DNA of 64,000 bases from Spirochaetia bacterium (GTDB lineage Bacteria; Spirochaetota; Spirochaetia; DSM-27196; Salinispiraceae). Below the pieces are notes generated by a model that ran no database searches, was not told where the DNA came from, and saw nothing but the letters and a program-made list of their open reading frames with translations. The stretch is from NCBI GenBank assembly GCA_038204425.1, contig JBBRCZ010000004.1:134585-198584 (forward strand). Reading direction: 5' to 3'. The translations under genes and the position numbers were made by a program. Below are positions 20,448 through 30,412 of the stretch, piece by piece. Every line of letters starts with the position of its first letter. Positions within the stretch are counted from its first letter, which is position 1.

Positions 20448-20479
20448 AACATGCCTCCACAGAAAAGCTTCCTTCTTGT

Positions 20480-20506
20480 ATCTCGGCATTTCGGCCAGTT
20501 TTGTTA
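20480..20506 (-). promoter_or_regulatory. possible sigma28 (FliA)-type promoter TAAC-N15-GCCGAGAT
   Basis: Partial match to TAAA-N15-GCCGATAA. Confidence 0.3.
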
Positions 20507-20584
20507 GAAAATACGTGATAGATTGCGTTATGATTGGATAAGTGACATATTGTAAACTAGGTGAAAAGGGCACCAACCTGCTAC

Positions 20585-21349
20585 ATGAGTTTTGAAGCCG
20601 AAAAAGTAATTCAGTCCGTCTTGGAGTTCTACTATTCTTCAGGGATTATATCCTCCAAAAGTGACACCATATCAGTCAAGGTAGAGGGATCAAATAGCTT
20701 TATTGGCAACCGCCAACACTATGAACAAATCCTGTTTTTTGTCTTTGGACATCTACTGCCCGAGTTCATAACACCAGTCATTAGGGTTTCGTCACAAATC
20801 AATCCGCTGGCACTGCTAAAGACCAGCTTTCTCTTACCCGGCACCAGTGGAGCTGCCCGTGATCAATTGATGACAACAATCGAGGAAGACCGAAGACTCA
20901 AGAAGCTACTCAAGCTCGCCGGTGCGGAAACTACCATTGTCGAGGACGAGGGGCAAGCTGTTGTCGTTTTGTTTCCCGTTGAATCCGTTCTGCAGCTTGG
21001 AAGTGAGCCAGTTGTCAATGTGTCGGAACTCAAGACTCGCTATGACAGCAAGGAGATAGCCCTAACCTTGCTCGAAGGTTTTGTGATGAACTCTCGCCGT
21101 CATCTGACCCTATTGATCAATGCCATAAGCAAAGATGATTGGCAAGAAGCCCATAGACATGCCCACGCATTAAAAGGCGGAGCGCTAAATGTCTGTGCCG
21201 AAGCTATTGTTCAACGTGCAAAGTCGATAGAAATTGCTATAAAAGACCAACATTACGATATTTTAAAACAGGCAATTCAGGCTTTAGAGACTGCGTGCTC
21301 TGATTTGGAGTCGACTTGGTCAGATTATAGGGAGGAACTGAATGGCTAG
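20585..21349 (+). CDS. Hpt (histidine phosphotransfer) domain protein
   Basis: C-terminal AHRHAHALKGGALNVCA Hpt signature; ATG 20585 preferred over GTG 20561. Confidence 0.8.
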   Translation: MSFEAEKVIQSVLEFYYSSGIISSKSDTISVKVEGSNSFIGNRQHYEQILFFVFGHLLPEFITPVIRVSSQINPLALLKTSFLLPGTSGAARDQLMTTIEEDRRLKKLLKLAGAETTIVEDEGQAVVVLFPVESVLQLGSEPVVNVSELKTRYDSKEIALTLLEGFVMNSRRHLTLLINAISKDDWQEAHRHAHALKGGALNVCAEAIVQRAKSIEIAIKDQHYDILKQAIQALETACSDLESTWSDYREELNG

Positions 21350-21701
21350 CTTTCAAGTACTGTATGCTGAGGATGAGTTCACAAATCGTAAACTAATAGA
21401 GATTCAGTTAAGTAAAAGTGGTATTTCGTGTGATGTGGCCTCAGATGGTCTTCAAGCCTACCAGAAACTAGAAGAAAACAGCTACGAAGTCGTAATCCTT
21501 GACCAGTATATGCCCGGTCTCAATGGTGACCAACTTGCCCGTAAAATTCTTGCCAAGTATCCAGATTTACCCTTGATAGCAATTACCAGCGACGATGGTG
21601 AGATCGACAAACTGAGAAGCGCGGGATTTAGAGAAATATTTATAAAACCACTTCGAACTACCGCGTATATTGACATATTAAGACAGTATCTTAAAACCTG
21701 A
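21342..21701 (+). CDS. single-domain response regulator (CheY-like)
   Basis: LYAEDE, ILDQYMPGLNG, IAITS, FIKP. Confidence 0.9.
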   Translation: MASFQVLYAEDEFTNRKLIEIQLSKSGISCDVASDGLQAYQKLEENSYEVVILDQYMPGLNGDQLARKILAKYPDLPLIAITSDDGEIDKLRSAGFREIFIKPLRTTAYIDILRQYLKT

Positions 21702-21725
21702 TGACCTAGAAAAAGGGTAAATTGA

Positions 21726-23318
21726 ATGCAATCAAGTCCAAGGAAATACAAAATTCTCATACTGATAATGGTAGCCGTAATTTCAGCGGTGCAGCTGGGA
21801 GCCACTTCAGATACTGGAAGCAAACAAAACCTTGTGGTAGCCTTTGATGAGGCGCCTGTTCAATGGAACCCTTTGTTCACTTACTCTTCGGTCGAGGCGC
21901 AGCTCTACACTGCCCTCTACGAAGGCTTGGTTGTCTATAATCCAGAAACCCTAAAACCAATGCCAGGAATTGCTGAAAGCTGGAGCCTATCTGACGACCA
22001 GAAAACTATCACTTTTAAACTGCGTCCAAAGCTACTTTTCAGCGATGGCACTGCCCTGGTTTCCGAAACTCTTAGGCAAACCTGGCTGGCTCTTCTCAAC
22101 CCGCAAGCGTCGAGCCCCTTTGCAGGATTGCTCGATCCAATTGTAGCAGCGAGCGACTACCGTACCGGCAAAATTAAAGACGCAGCCTTGATCGGAATCA
22201 AGTGTCCCGACGACACCACCTTTGTAGTTACACTTAGGGCACCCACAGCTTACTTTGTCCAAGTACTTTGCCACCAAAGTCTTGTTCCTATTCACCCCAA
22301 AATGCTCAAGGAAACCAAGTGGAGTCCGTCAAAAATAGTAGGTAACGGCCCTTTTGTGATTAGCTCATCCTCAGATGAAAAAGTCGTTCTCACACCATCA
22401 GAAAACTACTGGGATCGCAGTTCAGTTAAAGTTTCGGGACTTGAGTGGATTTTTAGTGCTGGAGACGAGGCCAAGACCAAAGCCTTTAACTTTGGCGAGA
22501 TTCATTGGATCGAATCCGGCGTAGAAACCAAAAAAATCGAAAACCCCAACACACTTAAGCTAACTCCACAATTTTCAACAACCATGCTTTACTTCTCCAA
22601 CCAAGATCCAATCTTTAACAAGCAAAAAGTGCGCGCCGGTTTAACCAAACTGCTACCACTCGAAAACATGCGATCAAAAGACCTTTTCTTGGTCCCAAGT
22701 TCTCGCATGATACCTCAGATCCCCTACTACCCTCGCGCAGGCGCTATTGAGAATCAAAACAAAACTGAAGGCTTGCAATTATTGCTTGATGCAGGCTTTC
22801 CGCGTGGCAAGGGACTTCCTCCTATTCGCGTTGTTTTTCCAGAGTCAGAACTATTTTCCGAAATTGGCGAGATGATCCGCTCGGCATGGAAAGATACAGA
22901 CATTAAGTTTGAACTCAGCTTTTTGAGCTCGGACGAATATTACCGTGTCCTAAAGCCGGATATGTTTACTTTGGCTTCCATGTCTTGGATTGGTGACTAC
23001 GCTGACCCGATGACCTTTCTTGACCTTTGGAAAAGTGACTCAAGTCTCAACTCGAGTCTATTCTCTGACCCAGAGTACGATCAGCTTCTGATCAGTTCTG
23101 ACCTGCAACAGGGAACCGAACGCTATAAAACTCTATCTAAGGCAGAATCGAGGGTTCTGGAAACCGCCCAGGTTATACCTCTTGGACATTCTCCTGCGCT
23201 CAACATTATCGACTTGGAGATTGTAGCAGGATGGTTTGAGAATCCCCTCAATATCCACCCTTTTAAGAACATGTACTTCAAGGCGAGAAAACCACCCAGA
23301 AATATCGCAAGTCTTTGA
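21726..23318 (+). CDS. oppA: peptide ABC transporter substrate-binding protein (OppA family)
   Basis: LYEGLV, PGIAESW..S.D..TITFKLR, VGNGPF, WIGDYADPMTFL. Confidence 0.85.
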   Translation: MQSSPRKYKILILIMVAVISAVQLGATSDTGSKQNLVVAFDEAPVQWNPLFTYSSVEAQLYTALYEGLVVYNPETLKPMPGIAESWSLSDDQKTITFKLRPKLLFSDGTALVSETLRQTWLALLNPQASSPFAGLLDPIVAASDYRTGKIKDAALIGIKCPDDTTFVVTLRAPTAYFVQVLCHQSLVPIHPKMLKETKWSPSKIVGNGPFVISSSSDEKVVLTPSENYWDRSSVKVSGLEWIFSAGDEAKTKAFNFGEIHWIESGVETKKIENPNTLKLTPQFSTTMLYFSNQDPIFNKQKVRAGLTKLLPLENMRSKDLFLVPSSRMIPQIPYYPRAGAIENQNKTEGLQLLLDAGFPRGKGLPPIRVVFPESELFSEIGEMIRSAWKDTDIKFELSFLSSDEYYRVLKPDMFTLASMSWIGDYADPMTFLDLWKSDSSLNSSLFSDPEYDQLLISSDLQQGTERYKTLSKAESRVLETAQVIPLGHSPALNIIDLEIVAGWFENPLNIHPFKNMYFKARKPPRNIASL

Positions 23319-23343
23319 CCTTGATGCATTTTTAGCGTATTCT
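23315..23343 (+). promoter_or_regulatory. sigma70-type promoter TTGACC-17-TATTCT, 6 nt above carD ATG
   Basis: Near-consensus; no SD. Confidence 0.55.
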
Positions 23344-23349
23344 GTGCCC

Positions 23350-23991
23350 ATGTCAGATCAAGTTCCTTTTAGCCAATTCAAACTACATGAGCAAGTGGTC
23401 TATCCACTGCAAGGTGTTGGAAAAATCATCATCATTGATGAACGTCCTTTTAAGGACAAGATGTTGTGGTACTATACCATTTACCTCGAGATATCAGATA
23501 TGACAGTCATGGTGCCTGTTGACAAGGCAGTTCAGCTTGGCATTAGGGCCATTGTTCCCCAGGAAGAGGCAGAACTTGCATTGGCATTGATCTCCGAACC
23601 TGACGACGCCGCACCAACTGATTGGAAGCAACGCTACCAAATGAATCATGACCTGCTTAAACAAGGTTCGGTTGCTGACATCGCCAAGGTGGTTAGGACA
23701 CTTTACCACCGTAGCAAGATTAAAGAACTGCCCGTAATGGAAAGAAAACTTTTTGACTCAGCTACTAAACTCTTGGTTGATGAAATCTCCCTGTCGCTTC
23801 ACAAATCCAAACAAGAAGTAGAAGAGATCATCTTTATAAAGCTGGAAAAAGACCATCCTGTGGCCGATAAAAAATACGCGCTTGATGATTTTGGCTACAA
23901 TGAAGAAGATGAAGGTTTGATGGATGAAGCCGACAACGTAAGGCCTCGCAACGAAACTGCCGAGGAAGAAGAAGACGAGGACGAAGCTTAA
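23350..23991 (+). CDS. carD: CarD-family RNA polymerase-binding regulator with acidic tail
   Basis: VVYPLQGVGKI, MTVMVPV...GIR, WKQRY; real start MSDQVPF at 23350. Confidence 0.88.
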   Translation: MSDQVPFSQFKLHEQVVYPLQGVGKIIIIDERPFKDKMLWYYTIYLEISDMTVMVPVDKAVQLGIRAIVPQEEAELALALISEPDDAAPTDWKQRYQMNHDLLKQGSVADIAKVVRTLYHRSKIKELPVMERKLFDSATKLLVDEISLSLHKSKQEVEEIIFIKLEKDHPVADKKYALDDFGYNEEDEGLMDEADNVRPRNETAEEEEDEDEA

Positions 23992-24025
23992 GAGCTCCCC
24001 ATAACTAAGCGATTGAAGTAGCAAA

Positions 24026-24061
24026 TAGGGCCTGTACATGTCTAATCAAGTACAGGCCCTA
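24026..24061. terminator. hairpin terminator between convergent carD and fusA
   Basis: Perfect 12-bp inverted repeat TAGGGCCTGTAC...GTACAGGCCCTA. Confidence 0.7.
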
Positions 24062-24073
24062 AAAGCTATTTAT

Positions 24074-26164
24074 TTAGCTATTCTCTGCTTTACGTTTTTC
24101 TTCATATTTCTTCTTAAGTTCATCAGCAATGCCGTTAGGTACTCTTCCGTACTTTAGGAACTCCATGCTGAACTCAGCTTTACCTTGTGTCAGCGAACGC
24201 AAGATAGTTGAGTAACCAAACATTTCGGAAAGTGGAACTTCAGCAGCAACCTGGCAAAACGCACCATCTTCGGTCGAAGAAAGAATTACACCACGACGCT
24301 GATTGAGTGAACCAAAGATATTTCCTTGGAACTCAGTTGGGCCTTCTACTTCTACCTTCATGATAGGCTCAAGAATGGCAGGCTTAGCTTTTGGATAGGC
24401 TTCACGGAAAGCACCAAGACCCGCTTGTTGAAACGCGTTGTCCGAGGAGTCAACAGCGTGCATCGCACCGTCGTTTATAACCATGCGTACGCCAACAATC
24501 GGGAAGCCAATCTGAGTTCCCTTCTTGATAGCGGTTTGGAATCCCTTGTCACAACTTGGCACGTATTCATTTGCAATAACGCCACCCTTAATGTTGTCCA
24601 CAAACTCATAAACGCCAGTTTCCAGTGGTTCCATATATCCGGCTACACGACCATACTGCCCAGCACCACCTGTTTGTTTTTTATGGGTGTAGTTGAACTC
24701 AGCCTTGGCAGTAATTGTCTCGCGATAAGCGACTTGAGGCATGCCGGTTGTAACTTCGGCCTTGTACTCTCGTTTCATTCGTTCGATGTAAACCTCAAGA
24801 TGCAACTCACCCATGCCTTGAATAATAGTCTGATTGGATTCTTGGTCAACGTAGGTGCGGAAAGTTGGGTCTTCTCGAGTAAAACGGCCAAGTGCCTTAG
24901 CAAGGTTATCGGCTGCCTTTTTATCAACTGGTGCTATCGCCAAAGAAATAACCGGCTCTGGAACAAACATAGAAGTCATGGAGGCATTGATTTCGCTGCT
25001 ACAGAAGGTGTCTCCCGAAGCACAATCAACTCCAAACAAAGCCACAATGTCTCCAACTGGTGATTCTTCAATTTCTTCCATGCGGCTGGCATGCATTCTG
25101 ACCAATCGGCCAACCTTTACCCGCTTACCTGTTCGAGTATTGGTGATTTCACAACCCTTGTAGAGTCTACCTTGGTAGATACGTACATAGGTAAGCTGAC
25201 CATACTGCCCATCTTCTAACTTAAAGGCCAGAGCAATAGTCGGTGCATCATTTGCAACCCTTACATCAAAAACCTTCTCGTTGTCATCCAAGTCAAGTGC
25301 TTGGTTAACAACTTCGTTAGGAGCTGGAAGAAAACTAACTACTCCGTCCAAAAGCGTTTGAACACCCTTGTTTTTGTAGGCCGACCCCATAAAGACGGGC
25401 GTAAGCTCACGACGCAAACAGCCGGCGCGAATACCCTTGTAAATCAATTCTTCAGTGACGTTGCCGTCTAGGAAGGCCTCTGCAAGTTCGTCAGAAAACA
25501 TTGAGGCAGCGTCGATCATTGCTTCTCGGCGTTCTTCAGCTTCGGCGCGCATATCCGCAGGAATCTCTTCCACGCGAATTGTTTCACCGCTTTCGCCATC
25601 GTAGTAAAAGGCCTTCATCGTGATCAAGTCAACCAGACCATTGTGGCGGTCTTCCAAACCAATCGGCATCTGAGTCAAAACCGCATTGTGAGCCAGTTTT
25701 TCTCGCAATTGTTGAGCGACTTTGTACGGGTTGGCACCGGTTCTATCCAATTTATTGATAAAGGCGATAACTGGTACATTATACCGGCGCATTTGACGAT
25801 CGACGGTGATCGATTGCGATTGCACGCCTTCAACACCAGACAGAACCAAGATTGCACCATCAAGAACGCGCAAAGCCCGTTCTACCTCTATAGTGAAGTC
25901 AACGTGTCCTGGTGTATCTATAAGGTTGATAAAAACATCTTTCCACGTTACGTTGGTTGCCGCAGATTGAATAGTAATTCCGCGTTCTCGTTCAAGCTCC
26001 ATGGAGTCCATGGTTGCGCCAACACCGTCTTTACCTCGAACCTCGTGAATTGCATGAATTTTGTCACAATAAAAAAGTATGCGTTCGGAAAGTGTAGTCT
26101 TCCCAGAGTCGATATGCGCAGAAATTCCAATATTGCGCATTTTTGTCAATTCAATTTTAGCCAT
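24074..26164 (-). CDS. fusA: elongation factor G (stand-alone, EF-G1 type)
   Basis: [45 protein letters not shown]. Confidence 0.97.
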   Translation of the reverse strand: MAKIELTKMRNIGISAHIDSGKTTLSERILFYCDKIHAIHEVRGKDGVGATMDSMELERERGITIQSAATNVTWKDVFINLIDTPGHVDFTIEVERALRVLDGAILVLSGVEGVQSQSITVDRQMRRYNVPVIAFINKLDRTGANPYKVAQQLREKLAHNAVLTQMPIGLEDRHNGLVDLITMKAFYYDGESGETIRVEEIPADMRAEAEERREAMIDAASMFSDELAEAFLDGNVTEELIYKGIRAGCLRRELTPVFMGSAYKNKGVQTLLDGVVSFLPAPNEVVNQALDLDDNEKVFDVRVANDAPTIALAFKLEDGQYGQLTYVRIYQGRLYKGCEITNTRTGKRVKVGRLVRMHASRMEEIEESPVGDIVALFGVDCASGDTFCSSEINASMTSMFVPEPVISLAIAPVDKKAADNLAKALGRFTREDPTFRTYVDQESNQTIIQGMGELHLEVYIERMKREYKAEVTTGMPQVAYRETITAKAEFNYTHKKQTGGAGQYGRVAGYMEPLETGVYEFVDNIKGGVIANEYVPSCDKGFQTAIKKGTQIGFPIVGVRMVINDGAMHAVDSSDNAFQQAGLGAFREAYPKAKPAILEPIMKVEVEGPTEFQGNIFGSLNQRRGVILSSTEDGAFCQVAAEVPLSEMFGYSTILRSLTQGKAEFSMEFLKYGRVPNGIADELKKKYEEKRKAENS

Positions 26165-26285
26165 TATGTATCTATCCTCTCGATTTCCAGATTAGATCGC
26201 TTCGTTGTGCTTCCTCCGGACAGGGATTGTCTTAATCCCTAACGGCTAGCCCGAAGGTTCGTACCCAGGTTTTTATTAGTTTGCT

Positions 26286-26315
26286 ATACTATCGCGGACC
26301 GCGTAATTTTTTCAA
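26286..26315 (-). promoter_or_regulatory. sigma70-type promoter TTGAAA-18-TAGTAT for fusA
   Basis: Consensus-like; implies a 5' UTR of about 115 nt. Confidence 0.45.
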
Positions 26316-26362
26316 GACGTTTTATGTCAAGAATTTATGAGCAATTGGATCATAGTATCACA

Positions 26363-27871
26363 TTAACGCACAGGAAGAACAGGAAGCTCGCCGACCTTGG
26401 CTACAACGTCAAATTTCTGCAACGAAACTCCCAGTCGAAGTGGCCGAGTCAGTGTTGCTGGGTAGAAGCCTTCTTGGTTAAGCTCGTCAACTTGTATTTC
26501 GGCTACATTCTGGTACTGATTGCCATTGGCTTGTTTTCTCAATACTAACATAATGCTGCCTTTGTCCAGTTTGTATTCCTTCTTTGGATAAATGAGAAGT
26601 CGCTCTGACTGAGCCTCGATCAAAAAGGCATTGATCGCATTGATGCGCAAATACTCATCGAGAGCCCCTTGATAGCTAGAACTTCTTTGAGCAAAGCTTT
26701 CATTTTTTGACTTGAGTTCGCTGATGAGAGAATTTCTAGCTTCTATAGCTTTCCAGAATCGGTCAAAACTAATTGTAGTTGAGTTTAAGACTTCAAAAAA
26801 TCGGCTCTCCAACTGACTCAACACAGCAGGAACGTCATTGACATAAGGGGTTTGCTTGAGGACTGTCAATAGTCTCCGGTAGCCAGCGATCACCGCATTG
26901 ATTTGTTCTGTTTCTTCTCGCACGACCAAGCCAGCTTCGTAATACTGGGGTGCAAGGCTAATACCATTACTTGGACGTGTTAGTTCACGTTGCAAAAAGC
27001 TAAGCAGCTCGGTATCAGCCACACTTGGGTTGTAAAGGCTCGTTAGCCTATCAATTTGTTGTTGTATAGTCTCAGCGTAACTTTTTTCCAAATTGAGCAT
27101 AAATGACTGTTGCCGTTGATCCCTCACGTCGGTGTCTCGTACCAAACTGTTGTAACGACTTTCATATGCATCTATCAGACGCTGCTTCTCTTTATCGTTG
27201 AGAGTCCTCTCAGCGTTAATGATTACTTCTTGCTGTCGAGCCAAGGTTAGCTTGTTCTGGTCTATTTTGGCTAGAGCTTGTTCGCTCTCAGCTATTTTTT
27301 GGCGAAGTTCGACAATAGCTGGATTGGCCGCCCTCGAACTCGTTTGAGACCTAGCAGCAAAGCGTCTGTTTAAAGTCTCAACTTCTTTGTCCAACCTTAC
27401 TTGATCAAGATATCTGCTGCGCGCCAAGCTTAACTCTTGCTCGTTAGATTGTCGAATTTTGCCCAGATCCAAATCGAGATTTTTTTGAGCCAAGGAGAGT
27501 TCTATGTTGAGCTGATTAATTTCACCTTGAATTGTATTGGCTTTTTCTAAGATGTCTCTTAGGTTGATACTCTCAAATTCACTGGCTTTGATGCTTACCT
27601 GATTGTTCTCTTTCTCAATATTGTTGTTTATCAAAATAGCTATAGAAATAAAGGCTGCGACCACAAACAAACAAACACCAGCCACCAAAAAATTGCGGTT
27701 CTTCTTGGTTTTGGCAAACTCGGTCTCAAGGACGTAGTTGTCCTTGTTGCTCTTGTATTCTTCGATTAACTCACGCAAAAAGAAGGCTTTAGTACTCTCT
27801 ATTGACTCAAGTGATCTAGATTTGTCGGTCCCAAATCCAGATTCACTTGCTATTTTTCGTTCATGGTCCAT
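26363..27871 (-). CDS. membrane-anchored coiled-coil hypothetical protein
   Basis: One TM near N-terminus then long heptad region; start ATG 27871 overlaps end of cyclase gene. Confidence 0.7.
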   Translation of the reverse strand: MDHERKIASESGFGTDKSRSLESIESTKAFFLRELIEEYKSNKDNYVLETEFAKTKKNRNFLVAGVCLFVVAAFISIAILINNNIEKENNQVSIKASEFESINLRDILEKANTIQGEINQLNIELSLAQKNLDLDLGKIRQSNEQELSLARSRYLDQVRLDKEVETLNRRFAARSQTSSRAANPAIVELRQKIAESEQALAKIDQNKLTLARQQEVIINAERTLNDKEKQRLIDAYESRYNSLVRDTDVRDQRQQSFMLNLEKSYAETIQQQIDRLTSLYNPSVADTELLSFLQRELTRPSNGISLAPQYYEAGLVVREETEQINAVIAGYRRLLTVLKQTPYVNDVPAVLSQLESRFFEVLNSTTISFDRFWKAIEARNSLISELKSKNESFAQRSSSYQGALDEYLRINAINAFLIEAQSERLLIYPKKEYKLDKGSIMLVLRKQANGNQYQNVAEIQVDELNQEGFYPATLTRPLRLGVSLQKFDVVAKVGELPVLPVR

Positions 27872-29595
27872 ATACCCTTCCAATCGCTAGGGGCAAGTTT
27901 AGATCGTGTTCGATCCTCAAATAACCTGGCCGAAGTAAACTTTATCTCACAAAATAATTTATGTGCCTTAACCCAGTCACCTTGATAATAGAACTGTAGA
28001 GCTTGGGAGTAGTTTTCAAAGTCAGTAGCCATAGCTGTATCGACGGAGGACTTTTGAACCGGAAAGTAGACACGCTTTCCGGTAGTCTTGCCCTTAACCA
28101 AGACTTGGTCGAGTTCAAGAAATACAAATTCGTTGGTACCAGAAAGCACCTCGTCCCTAATGAATTCTGAGACTATCATCGGGACTTTATAGATTCTGGT
28201 CAGTCCTTCAAGTCTTGACGATGAGTTTACGTTGTCGCCAATAACGGTATTGACCATGCGCTCGCGACTACCAATGTTGCCGTAAAATACAGTGCCGCCG
28301 TCTATACCAACACCAACTTCCAAAAGAACCGCTTCGTAGACGCGCTCTTCACTTTCGGTAAGCGACCGTTGTTTGAGCAACTCTGAACGACGATCTGACA
28401 TTTTTTTACGCAGACTGTCGGCAACGGCCAGCACTTCAAAACCAGCCCTAACTGATTGCAGTGACTTGTTTTCGCCTTGCTGTGGCAAAGCACCAAAGAC
28501 GGCCAGCACTGCGTCACCAATGATTGATCCAATGTCACCGTTGTAGGCATGTATTTTGCTGATCGCTTGATTGTAATGAAGATTTAGCAGTTTAATGATG
28601 TCGGTACCAAGGGTTTCCGTCATAGCAGTAAAGCTTTTGATGTCGCTAAACATGATCGCCAGTTCACGCCGGTTGCCTTCCAAGCGGATTTCACGCTCTT
28701 TATAGGCCTTGACGGCAACGTCCCTCGCAACAAACTTTTTAAAGATATTGAGCAGATTATTGATGGTGCTGGTCAAGGTATTAATTGAGACACCGAGATA
28801 AGAAATTTCGTCGTTAACCGCTCCATCTAGTTTAATGAGTTCCATACTCTGGTCTTGCTGCATCGCCATGATTTGGGTCGTCATGCGACTTACAAAGCGC
28901 AAGATATATCTAATCAGGTACGTTCCAACCAAGACCGACACCAAGGTTAAGGCAAAGATCAAGAGACTTATGTTGGTAAAGGTCCGTACCGCTGGCTCAT
29001 AAAACTCATTCCACTCTTCGGCTCTGATAAAAAGCAGCTTCCAGTCAGGATGGTAGCGATAGACTCCAAAGTACCGTTCGCCATTGAAGTCAAACTCAAC
29101 TGCCCCGTCCTCTTTGCCGACGGTTCTCTTTTGCACAATTTCTGAAAACACTTTTTTGTCCGTAAAGGCCGAGTGAGTCGCAAGATCAATACCGGCTCCA
29201 CCAGCCTTAAAGTCCAAAAGACCGTCTTCACTTATGCCGAGCACGACTGATTTTTGATTGGTAAAACTAATGCGGGAATATTCCTCTATTTGGCCAAAAT
29301 AGAGATCCACACTTTGGCCTGAGTCCTTGTAAATCCTATATTGACTGGACGAAAAAACATAAACGTCCTTCAAGTCTCTAACCAAAAGTTCAGTGGTTAG
29401 TTTGATTTGTTCACCGCGATTAAGCGTCAAATTGATAAAATTGCTAATAAAATTTGAGGCCAACAAGAACAAAATGAATATTGCCGTGATTTTTAGCGAA
29501 ATAGGTGTAACCCTAACACCATTCACTTTTTTTCCAAATATGCCAGATTGAGGTGCTATTTTTTTCAACGGTGCCCCCATAACAGACTGTGCCAA
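27850..29595 (-). CDS. membrane-bound class III nucleotidyl (adenylate/guanylate) cyclase
   Basis: Two TMs flanking a periplasmic domain, HAMP-like linker, IMFSDIKSFT, IIGDA, VIGDNVNSSSRLEG, VKGK; start may be TTG 29568. Confidence 0.9.
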   Translation of the reverse strand: MAQSVMGAPLKKIAPQSGIFGKKVNGVRVTPISLKITAIFILFLLASNFISNFINLTLNRGEQIKLTTELLVRDLKDVYVFSSSQYRIYKDSGQSVDLYFGQIEEYSRISFTNQKSVVLGISEDGLLDFKAGGAGIDLATHSAFTDKKVFSEIVQKRTVGKEDGAVEFDFNGERYFGVYRYHPDWKLLFIRAEEWNEFYEPAVRTFTNISLLIFALTLVSVLVGTYLIRYILRFVSRMTTQIMAMQQDQSMELIKLDGAVNDEISYLGVSINTLTSTINNLLNIFKKFVARDVAVKAYKEREIRLEGNRRELAIMFSDIKSFTAMTETLGTDIIKLLNLHYNQAISKIHAYNGDIGSIIGDAVLAVFGALPQQGENKSLQSVRAGFEVLAVADSLRKKMSDRRSELLKQRSLTESEERVYEAVLLEVGVGIDGGTVFYGNIGSRERMVNTVIGDNVNSSSRLEGLTRIYKVPMIVSEFIRDEVLSGTNEFVFLELDQVLVKGKTTGKRVYFPVQKSSVDTAMATDFENYSQALQFYYQGDWVKAHKLFCEIKFTSARLFEDRTRSKLAPSDWKGIWTMNEK

Positions 29596-29787
29596 CAGAA
29601 TGCATTATACGAAATTGGAATTTGTAAAACAATAGGCAAGTGTTTTGATAAGCTACTAATTTGGTCAAAATTTCGACAGTTTTTTATTTTTTGGACTTGG
29701 TATGGAACAGTATGGCTGCTTTTGAGTACTATTGCTCTCTGGCTAAATAATAAGCCAACTAACGCAAACATTTTTTGAGGAAGTAAA

Positions 29788-30390
29788 ATGAGAATCGCAT
29801 GTCTTGATGTTGAAGGTGTTTTGTTGCCAGAAATCTGGATAAACGTGGCGCAAAAGACCGGGATCGAAGCACTCAAGCGGACAACCAGGGACGAACCCGA
29901 CTACGGCAAGCTGATGGGTCAACGAATAGCAATCTTGCGTGGCAATCGCTTAACAATTGCCGATATTCGTAAAGTTATTTCGCAAATGGACCCGTTGCCA
30001 GATGCGCGGAATTTTTTGGACAAGCTACGTTCGCAGATGCAGGTCCTTTTGCTATCAGATACCTTTGAGGAATTTGCTCAGCCACTGATGGAAAAACTTG
30101 GCTGGCCCAGCTTGCTCTGCAATTCTTTGGTTTTGGATACTGAGGGCTACTTAACGGATTTCGTTCTCAGGCAAGTTGATGGAAAGAAAAGGGCAGTTGA
30201 AGCCCTCAAAGGACTTAATATCGAAGTCTATGCAGCAGGAGACTCATACAATGACCTCTCGATGATTAGATCCGCGGATAGAGGCGCCTTCTTTCAGCCG
30301 CCAGCGTCAATAGTAGAAGAATGTCCGGAAATTCAAGTAGTCAAAGACTATTCTGGTCTCCTTGATTTTCTCACTCAAGGTTTGGTCTAA
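29788..30390 (+). CDS. thrH: phosphoserine phosphatase/homoserine phosphotransferase (HAD)
   Basis: CLDVEGVLLPEIW, TTRDEPDY, LSDTF, AAGDSYND. Confidence 0.92.
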   Translation: MRIACLDVEGVLLPEIWINVAQKTGIEALKRTTRDEPDYGKLMGQRIAILRGNRLTIADIRKVISQMDPLPDARNFLDKLRSQMQVLLLSDTFEEFAQPLMEKLGWPSLLCNSLVLDTEGYLTDFVLRQVDGKKRAVEALKGLNIEVYAAGDSYNDLSMIRSADRGAFFQPPASIVEECPEIQVVKDYSGLLDFLTQGLV

Positions 30391-30412
30391 GAAATAGGTA
30401 GCAACTGAAACT

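Noticed and set aside
24074..26164. fusA outside the rpsL-rpsG-fusA-tuf operon
   Set aside because: Known for spirochete EF-G1; only the leader structure is flagged
24326..26242. Long plus-strand ORFs (245 aa, 199 aa) opposite fusA
   Set aside because: Antisense shadows typical of highly biased genes; no motifs or translation signals
29548..29876. Short ORFs in the cyclase-thrH divergent region
   Set aside because: Overlap real genes or AT-rich promoter DNA; no SD or recognisable protein features
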